Shown here one piece after another: positions 19,401 to 25,253 of a DNA stretch of 64,000 nt. Within the stretch, counting starts at the first letter, position 1; each line of letters begins with the position of its first letter. The notes under the pieces were generated by a model. That model saw only the letters and a program-made list of their open reading frames with translations. It was not told the DNA's origin and made no database searches. The DNA lies in IMG/VR virus record IMGVR_UViG_3300005259_000074, positions 96,001-160,000 of that record. One strand, 5' to 3'. This DNA comes from a virus (taxonomy: Duplodnaviria > Caudoviricetes). Both the position numbers and the translations under genes were made by a program.

Positions 19401-19599
19401 TTACGCTTCCCAGGTCGTGGGTGCCGAGGGTCAGTCTCCAGAAGGACAACAGGGGCAGGAAAACGTGATCCAACCGTCTTCAAGCCAGAGTCAGCCCGGC
19501 CAGTACCCCGGTCTTCCACCTCCGCTACAGGACCACGAGGACGACCAGCAAGGACAAATTAAAGACGATGAGGAAGGGGACGAGAGAGATGTTGAATAA
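16429..19599 (+). CDS. gp20: portal protein (T4 gp20-like) containing an intein
   Basis: YRRMAMFPEVGDAIDEIC, LERARKAYNQL.LIEDSIIIYRLVRAPER.VFNVDTG, LGEMKDLDYF.RKLY..LKIP; AGAGGA RBS before ATG 16429. Confidence 0.95.
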   Translation: MAIIGTWTSNNTQLFGGIKRFSHAQAEAGNYKLPVFDEVKRDSDVVSDMSVIDKYFKNMQERETSGAYWDSTSFGKFLYASISTNKPTRVGSYRRMAMFPEVGDAIDEICDNAMAFDENNKIVAFKLNRKFDAAAEKEINAAAEEYLNLFNFESNMFEIMRQLVVEGEVCWENIISKDHPDAGVIGINPIPCETYDFAIDTKANKKTGIIINIASSDQSADNKEGTGKNNNNKRVVGNMSVETLSSINNLSSYEKIKNGEVCYMPFEQVTYANTGLISFDGLMVYPVLERARKAYNQLSLIEDSIIIYRLVRAPERYVFNVDTGTASRSRAEQEVLKMMKRYNTKKVYNPSTGTTTNEYDPCLLLECLSMNTGVPLLDGRTLTISQISDEMNGGKQLWAYSFDPETGKFAPGKISWAGVTRKDAEVMKITFDNDKTMTVTPDHKFPVWGKGKVEAKDLVIGDSMIAFNRKKEKITAEKNDYEMIYDHASQKWIYTHQAVADYFKGTLCEQYVWDEENFSKNKRFSVRHHKNYDKSMKAAWKRSDSIRSALKKYNDEKWADPKNRERLSAWYSFKPSKLIFDRITTAIADKRLAFIDEVVEFCNSDELCAAEYSRVHTSVHTVGEKISRQYLMMLSKNFGFDSFRSLIREFNPTAKFVNQRTLDRARLQKKFVYTHDMLKMLIDTVKANRDIKMKECAVILKNDQRFMELMDEANGDNSQYKREKFGWGHVQSLVHSFGYEDFRLFRKELQNHNHRVVKIEYLSQREDTGTLVIDGDNEFHDYHTFATDAGVATCNSFWFSKPAGSTGTTVDTLSSSVNLGEMKDLDYFLRKLYVSLKIPYNRYAQPEINIQRGEQINYEEYRFAKFIMRLQQCLAKGLANGLISHLRLRGVWDRLKLRNRDFIVQFTPPTSFDIYESQKRLQLMTERYSLMAQYQEMSKTLLQKKYLGWTEIDVEENWRFLEEEQIKAAKIRWKTMQIEQTGKVGKPGTDPYASQVVGAEGQSPEGQQGQENVIQPSSSQSQPGQYPGLPPPLQDHEDDQQGQIKDDEEGDERDVE
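17527..18813 (+). mobile_element. intein (429 aa) in portal, with degenerate HNH-type endonuclease region
   Basis: Block A CLSMNT.V.L.DG, block B TVTPDHKF, block F DTGTL.IDG..FHDYHTF, end TCN followed by Ser+1; removal restores LLE-SFWF, matching the gp20 (M)LEDYWL motif. Confidence 0.92.
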
Positions 19600-20713
19600 G
19601 TTCGAGATGCTCTGCGCCGGTATAGTGTTAGAAGGAGTCGACCCAGTCCCTTATCCGCTAGAAGTCAGCGAGAAGGGAAAATTGGCCGTCGACAGCCTGA
19701 ACAAGGGCATCGAAGACAAGATGATCCTTAACCCAGTCTTCCAAGACGCTAAGTCTCGTCTGAACAACAACATAGAGCTCATAACTTGGCACAACGGCAA
19801 CGTGCTCGGGCCAGAAGGCATGTACAACGTGGCGTACCGCGTAGACGCTATCCCTCACGGACTGCGAGACGTCCCCAAAGCTATCAAAGGACTCAAGACC
19901 ATAGTCGATTCACCAGAGCTCCCCGCGAAATTCACCAATTTCAACGCCAATTTTAGTGAGGAATGGGCAAGGACGAACTGGATCGCCCTGCGAGATGGGA
20001 TGCGGAAGTACTTGAAGATACTCGAGTCTTGGCTACCTGTGATCAAGATGCTAGACGAACTGAAACCTCTGATAGTCAAGGGTAGGCAGCCGAACCCCAA
20101 CGCAGTCCCATCGTTCCAACCTCAGAAGGCCGACCCAGCTACTGAGAAGATAGTGGTAGACGTGCTGAACCAGCTCGCGGCCCCTCTGAAACCGAAAGTG
20201 GTAGAGACTCTCGTCGCGCAAGACGAGAAGTACGTCAAGCGGTTCCAGGAGTCCGGTCTCCCAGTCAGCTACAACGACATTCGCAAGTTCTTCAAGAACG
20301 ACATCGAAGCTATGAAGGTAGTCGACTCGTGCTTGAACCCCGCTGCGACGGCCATCATCCCCAACTACAGAGACAAACTGACACAGTCCGCGACGAGATC
20401 TGTCAACGACATGGTCACTAGGTTCATCAGCAAGAACGTGGAGAAGATAGCGCCTCTGCTAGCTCGCAAGCAGGGTTCTGAAGCCAGAGTGCTCCACGGC
20501 AACCTCGATGGGATAGGTTTCAGCGGAGAGATCTCGTTCAAGTTCAACGACGGCACTAGCTTCGTAGTCAGGAACAAAGTAGTCATGAAGTACACCGCGA
20601 TGCAGCAGCAGTTCCTGCAGTTCCCGACGACTTTCCACAACGTGGTGTTCCCAGACGGCTCTAAGAAAGCGATGCAGTCTGAAGAGCAGATGCACAAAGA
20701 CTGGCTGAAGTGA
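19589..20713 (+). CDS. hypothetical virion/prohead-core-position protein
   Basis: Start overlaps the portal stop; MLNKFEML..IVLEG leader; sits between portal and protease, where T4 has gp67/gp68. Confidence 0.65.
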   Translation: MLNKFEMLCAGIVLEGVDPVPYPLEVSEKGKLAVDSLNKGIEDKMILNPVFQDAKSRLNNNIELITWHNGNVLGPEGMYNVAYRVDAIPHGLRDVPKAIKGLKTIVDSPELPAKFTNFNANFSEEWARTNWIALRDGMRKYLKILESWLPVIKMLDELKPLIVKGRQPNPNAVPSFQPQKADPATEKIVVDVLNQLAAPLKPKVVETLVAQDEKYVKRFQESGLPVSYNDIRKFFKNDIEAMKVVDSCLNPAATAIIPNYRDKLTQSATRSVNDMVTRFISKNVEKIAPLLARKQGSEARVLHGNLDGIGFSGEISFKFNDGTSFVVRNKVVMKYTAMQQQFLQFPTTFHNVVFPDGSKKAMQSEEQMHKDWLK

Positions 20714-20731
20714 AGATCCACACGAGTCTAC

Positions 20732-20739
20732 GATAAATA
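20732..20739 (+). promoter_or_regulatory. late promoter GATAAATA
   Basis: Upstream of gp21 with AGGAGG RBS. Confidence 0.6.
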
Positions 20740-20776
20740 TGTCAACGCATTCAACTAAGCACACAGGAGGCTGATA

Positions 20777-21514
20777 ATGCCGGCTGAAATCATAGCTAGC
20801 GGACTGAAACTGCTGACGGAGACTCTCTATACAGACGTAGACATCGAGACCATCGTCGAGCAGAAGAACCCGAACGAAGCGAAGTTCCTCAAGATCAGAG
20901 GACCTTACATCGTCTCCGAGAAGCGGAACATCAACGGGCGCACCTACTCCCGCTCTCTGATGGAGAGCTCGGTCGCAGAGTGGAAGAAAGAGTGGCTCGA
21001 CACGAAACGCTCTTACGCTGAGCTGAACCACCCGGACTACATCAAAGTCGACCCAAAGAACGCGTCCGACCTCATCGTCGCGCTAGAACAGCAGGGCGAC
21101 ATGTGGATTGGCGAGTCGATCGTCCTGTGCAGCGACTTCGCCCACAACATCAAGGGCACTATGAACGGAGACACCCTGGCAGCGCTGATCCAGCACGGCG
21201 GTAAGATCGGCAAGTCGACCCGCGGCGTCGGCCAGATCAGCGAAGACAAGCGCGTAGACAAGATCTACAAGCTCATAACGGTCGACACCGTGGTAGACCC
21301 ATCTGGCCCTGGGTGCATGGTCGACGGGATACTCGAGAGCAAGGAGTTCCTCATCACCGCGCACGGCGACATCATGGAGAACGCGATCAACAAGTTCGCT
21401 TCGTCTGTGGCTAACATACCGTCTCACTCTGTGAAGACGGACATCGGCAGGGAGTACGTAGTCTCGCTGTTCGACAAGTTCATAATTGACATTAATTCTA
21501 AGAGGAGCATCTGA
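20777..21514 (+). CDS. gp21: prohead core protease (T4 gp21-like)
   Basis: IRGPY...E.RNINGRTY, AELNHP, IGKSTRGVG, ITVDTVVDPS. Confidence 0.92.
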   Translation: MPAEIIASGLKLLTETLYTDVDIETIVEQKNPNEAKFLKIRGPYIVSEKRNINGRTYSRSLMESSVAEWKKEWLDTKRSYAELNHPDYIKVDPKNASDLIVALEQQGDMWIGESIVLCSDFAHNIKGTMNGDTLAALIQHGGKIGKSTRGVGQISEDKRVDKIYKLITVDTVVDPSGPGCMVDGILESKEFLITAHGDIMENAINKFASSVANIPSHSVKTDIGREYVVSLFDKFIIDINSKRSI

Positions 21515-21515
21515 C

Positions 21516-22334
21516 ATGGGTAAGTTCGAAGAGCTTTACGAGAGCATCACCGACGATCTGATTTCAGAAGGGAAAGAAAATGCCGGTCTGATGGGTCCTG
21601 ACGGAACTCACAGCATTGGACAGGGTTTCTACGGTCACCACATCGGCGAAGCTATGTTCAAGAAGGCCGGAGGCAAGTTCGTGAAAGTTAATAAGGGTGA
21701 AGGACCGTCTGACGAGCATTCAGGACACAAGAAATTGCTCGCTCAAACCGCAGCAATCGGGGAAGACGACTGGGCCGCGCGTCATAAAATCTACCAACTC
21801 GTCGGAAAAGCTGACGCTCACACTCTGCATAAATTAGCTGATCACAAAAATTTTAATGTTCGGCAAGCAGTTGCTAGCAGCTCCGAAACGCATCCCGACA
21901 CGCTGCGAAAGTTAGCTGACGATAAAAATGAACACGCGCGGAGAGAAGTTCTTATGAATCCTAAGACACCACAAGACGTGCTAAGGAAAGCTGCTAAACA
22001 TCACAGTCAGTACGTTCGATATTACGTAGCAGGGAATCCCAATGCGCATCCTGACGATCTACACAACTTAGCTAATGAGAAAAGTCATCATACAAGAAGT
22101 GAGGTCGCAAGCAATCCTAATACCAGTGAAAAGACTCTTTTGAAATTGGCCGACGACACGAATAATATCGTGAAAACTAACGTGGCTGACCACCCCAACG
22201 CTACTGAAAGAGTGTTGAACGCACTTTTAAAACATAAGAGAGAGGGGAACCAGGACCTAAGTCATGGAAACGTCGAGTTTGCTGTGGATATAGCCAGAAA
22301 GAAACTCAAGAAGAAACTTGAGAAGAAAGATTAA
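21516..22334 (+). CDS. leader + GPxGTH module + LRV/HEAT-like repeat protein
   Basis: MGKFEELYESI; five to six ~24-aa repeats (L.KLA.D....VR..VA.NP.T....L). Confidence 0.75.
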   Translation: MGKFEELYESITDDLISEGKENAGLMGPDGTHSIGQGFYGHHIGEAMFKKAGGKFVKVNKGEGPSDEHSGHKKLLAQTAAIGEDDWAARHKIYQLVGKADAHTLHKLADHKNFNVRQAVASSSETHPDTLRKLADDKNEHARREVLMNPKTPQDVLRKAAKHHSQYVRYYVAGNPNAHPDDLHNLANEKSHHTRSEVASNPNTSEKTLLKLADDTNNIVKTNVADHPNATERVLNALLKHKREGNQDLSHGNVEFAVDIARKKLKKKLEKKD

Positions 22335-22343
22335 GATATATTA

Positions 22344-22363
22344 GGACGGGAACGTTCCCGTCC
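22344..22363. repeat. perfect 20-bp palindrome GGACGGGAACGTTCCCGTCC
   Basis: Intergenic, no U-tract. Confidence 0.8.
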
Positions 22364-22381
22364 GCAAATTCGAGGAGAAAC

Positions 22382-22858
22382 ATGAGTAAATTCGAAGAAC
22401 TCTGCGAGAGCATCCTGTCGGAAGCGAAAGCTGCTGACAAGGAAGTCAAAGGTAGGAACTCCAAGGGCCAACTGCGGGGTCCCGAAGGTACTCACTCTCT
22501 CGGCGGCGGCTTCTACGGTAAGAACAAGGGCGAAGCTGAGTACAGGAAGGTCGACGGAAAGTTCGAGAAGATAGACTCCACCACTCACCACATAGACCTA
22601 GACATCGCCGACGAGCGCGGCTTACTCCGAAATAAGAATAAACTGCCTTTCAAGCATATTGTCAAGGTCAAGCAGCACGGGCCAGGCGGCGGGAACCCGG
22701 TCTACAGGTTCGCAGCAGACAGACACACGCTGCACCGCTACATACACAAGCACTACGCGAACGACGCAGAAGAAGCCAGAGAGCTGATGAACAGCGCGAA
22801 GAAGTCTTCCGACGACGAGCTGAAAGAGCTCAAGAAGATGGAGAAAGCCGAGCATTGA
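22382..22858 (+). CDS. leader + GPxGTH module + small C-terminal domain
   Basis: MSKFEELCESILSEA; GPEGTHSLGGGFYG...YRKVDGKFEKI; GAGGAG RBS. Confidence 0.75.
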   Translation: MSKFEELCESILSEAKAADKEVKGRNSKGQLRGPEGTHSLGGGFYGKNKGEAEYRKVDGKFEKIDSTTHHIDLDIADERGLLRNKNKLPFKHIVKVKQHGPGGGNPVYRFAADRHTLHRYIHKHYANDAEEARELMNSAKKSSDDELKELKKMEKAEH

Positions 22859-23130
22859 CGGTCGAGAACCTTCTAACGTTGAAGAAAAGACCCATGTGGC
22901 AGCTGTACTTATCTAACTGTCTAGTATTAAACGGTTGGACTGCTACTGTGTTTAACAACGGTGATGTCAGGCTGAGAAAGAAGTTCGGCGTCGGTAAAGG
23001 GGAACACGAGTTGACTATAAGTCTTAAGACTACTGTGATATCTAGAGAGATGTTCGTAGATGCTCTGAAGAGGTTCTGCGACCGCTCAGACCCCGAGAAT
23101 GTAGTTGACAAGTTCTCTGGAGTCGTTTAA
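22855..23130 (+). CDS. hypothetical protein
   Basis: TTGA-coupled to the previous gene. Confidence 0.45.
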   Translation: MTVENLLTLKKRPMWQLYLSNCLVLNGWTATVFNNGDVRLRKKFGVGKGEHELTISLKTTVISREMFVDALKRFCDRSDPENVVDKFSGVV

Positions 23131-23148
23131 CAACTCGGAGGACTCTAC

Positions 23149-24204
23149 ATGGCGTCATCGAATCTCCTGCAGAACTTCTACTCGAAGTTCGGAGCGTCTG
23201 GAGCGAAGGGGAAGAACACCGATCCCCACTTCAACTTCTCTCGTAACTATCTCTGCGCAATGTCGTTCTCGTTCCCAAAGGGAATCCCCTTCCCGACCGA
23301 GTACACACTGCAAGACATAACACTGATGTCTCAAGCTGTCAACACCCCGGACATCGAGCTGTCGGGCGTAGAGCGCGAGTCGACAGTCGAGATCAAGAAC
23401 TTGGGCGGTTCGTGGACAGGCGTCGGCGAAGTCAACGTACAACCGGTAGACAACACGTTCAACATATCTCTCATCGACACCGTCAGACCGGTGCACGAGA
23501 TGTTCTTCCTCCCGTGGTTGAAGTACGTCGTAGAGGCCAACCGCCGTCCACCTGATTCAGAAGTGGGCAGTGGAGGTACAGACCAAGAGTACCCGTTCGC
23601 TCGCGCGGTCCTCCACCTCATGTTCTTCAACAACATCAGTAGTCCGAGTCTAGCTCTAGACAGCGACGTAGCTCTCGAGTACATCATAGACGGAGTGTTC
23701 CCCGTAGAGATAGAGAACCGTAAGATGGCGTACGGCGAACAGCAGAAACTGGTCAGGGACGTGAAATTCGCGTTCAACCGCATAGATTGTGTGACTCTTC
23801 CCAACGTCAACAAAGTTACAGAGGGGCTGTCGTACGCAACTCCCGCCGTCATCGAGGCGCCGATAGCACTAACTCCTCCAGCTAAAATCGTAGTTGAAGC
23901 TCCTAAGAAAGAGCAGACTCAGCCCACTACTCCCCCAGTGAACATAGTAGCTCCGCCAGATCAGACACTCAGACATTTCATCACTGTAGAACCGCAGACC
24001 GTGGTAGGGATAGATTTGTTGGGTGGTATAGCTGCTGCTGGCGCAGCTGGAATGGCCGGAGCTGGAGCCAGAGGAATTGCTTCTGCGGGTCTCAGAGGAG
24101 CTGTCAACGCCCAAGAAGTAGTAGTCGTCACCGACACCGTCGGTGGACGTGGGAGTCCAGCTGCCTCGGTAGATGCCTTCGGAAACATCATCAGATTCCG
24201 CTAA
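23149..24204 (+). CDS. tail-tube-fold baseplate protein (gp54/gp19-like) with low-complexity C-terminal tail
   Basis: NY...F.FP, LMSQAVNTPDI, F.ISLIDT...FF..W, LEYIIDGVFP.EI, VKFAFN; position in the baseplate cluster. Confidence 0.6.
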   Translation: MASSNLLQNFYSKFGASGAKGKNTDPHFNFSRNYLCAMSFSFPKGIPFPTEYTLQDITLMSQAVNTPDIELSGVERESTVEIKNLGGSWTGVGEVNVQPVDNTFNISLIDTVRPVHEMFFLPWLKYVVEANRRPPDSEVGSGGTDQEYPFARAVLHLMFFNNISSPSLALDSDVALEYIIDGVFPVEIENRKMAYGEQQKLVRDVKFAFNRIDCVTLPNVNKVTEGLSYATPAVIEAPIALTPPAKIVVEAPKKEQTQPTTPPVNIVAPPDQTLRHFITVEPQTVVGIDLLGGIAAAGAAGMAGAGARGIASAGLRGAVNAQEVVVVTDTVGGRGSPAASVDAFGNIIRFR

Positions 24205-24215
24205 TTCCCCACCTA

Positions 24216-24222
24216 ATAAATA
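24216..24222 (+). promoter_or_regulatory. late promoter ATAAATA
   Basis: Upstream of the gp26-like gene with GGAGG RBS. Confidence 0.55.
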
Positions 24223-24246
24223 GATCTAAACACGGAGGCCTCACGC

Positions 24247-25074
24247 ATGAAGTCAGATGTTCTAGTCAAATTGTTGAAAGAGTCTAATGGTTCCCACGTG
24301 TACGATGTGTGGGTTCCATCTATGAAACGCACAGTCAAATTCTTACCGCTAACCGTTGGACAGCAAAAGACCATCAGCAAACTCGCGATGGACGTGTCTT
24401 CAACTAAGATAGAAGACGAAATGACATATCGTCTGCAGAAGAAGGACGTCATAGTATCGCTTGCTACCGAAATGTTAGACGAAGCGGCACTCACAGAAAT
24501 AGACGCGATCGCGATATCCGCAGCAATCAGACGCTCTAATGTGATGGCTCCGCTGAAGATGACGATGAAGTGCGACTGCGGGGAAGAGATGGGTTTCGTC
24601 GTCGATTTTGATTCGATCATCACGAAGTGCAAAGAATTCAATTTCAAAGACGTTGAAGTAGAGAAAGTCATACAAGACAAGAAGTGGAAGATAATCCTCG
24701 GAGACGCGACGTTCGATGACTCTATCAGCTATAAGAACTTACAAGCGATGTACAGAGAAGAAGGAGCTGAACGTTTAGTGATAGACGTCGAAAAGTTCCA
24801 ATTCATGGATTGGCCGGCGCAGTTCATCAAGAGGGTGTTCGTGGACGACGAAGAAGTGGAAGACATCCCAACGATGAGCTTGTTCGACAAGATAGGCTTC
24901 TTCATCAGCGCTCCACAAGAAGTGTGGTTCGGCGAGGGGAACGTACTAGACGCCTGCATGGCCAACTTCAACCAGAAGTACTACGGAGACTTGCTGTTCC
25001 AAGACGTTGTCTGCCCTAAGTGTAAGAAGACGCACAAGGGGGTCGTCTCCTATGACAGTTTTTTTACGCTATGA
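24247..25074 (+). CDS. baseplate hub/tail assembly chaperone (T4 gp26-like)
   Basis: VPSMKRTVKFLPLTVGQQK, CDCG and CPKC motifs, C-terminal SFF. Confidence 0.75.
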   Translation: MKSDVLVKLLKESNGSHVYDVWVPSMKRTVKFLPLTVGQQKTISKLAMDVSSTKIEDEMTYRLQKKDVIVSLATEMLDEAALTEIDAIAISAAIRRSNVMAPLKMTMKCDCGEEMGFVVDFDSIITKCKEFNFKDVEVEKVIQDKKWKIILGDATFDDSISYKNLQAMYREEGAERLVIDVEKFQFMDWPAQFIKRVFVDDEEVEDIPTMSLFDKIGFFISAPQEVWFGEGNVLDACMANFNQKYYGDLLFQDVVCPKCKKTHKGVVSYDSFFTL

Positions 25075-25241
25075 GAGACGGAGATGCATCGATGCTGATG
25101 TCTCTGTACCAGAGGGACATGTTCTTGAAAAAACACGGTTTCTCGGTGCAAGAGATGAATGCTCTTCCGATGGCGGAGATCACGACATACGAAGCTATGA
25201 TAGTGTCAGAGCTCGTAGAGCAGTCTAAGCAAAAGAATTGA
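25071..25241 (+). CDS. gp51-like small hub assembly protein (56 aa), in the -1 frame of the gp26-like gene
   Basis: Hand-translated MRDGDASMLMSLYQRDMFLKKHGFSVQEMNALPMAEITTYEAMIVSELVEQSKQKN; H.(F/Y)S..E...(L/M)P..E...Y pattern of gp51/GT-type chaperones. Confidence 0.65.
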   Translation: MRDGDASMLMSLYQRDMFLKKHGFSVQEMNALPMAEITTYEAMIVSELVEQSKQKN

Positions 25242-25253
25242 GAGGAATGGCTG

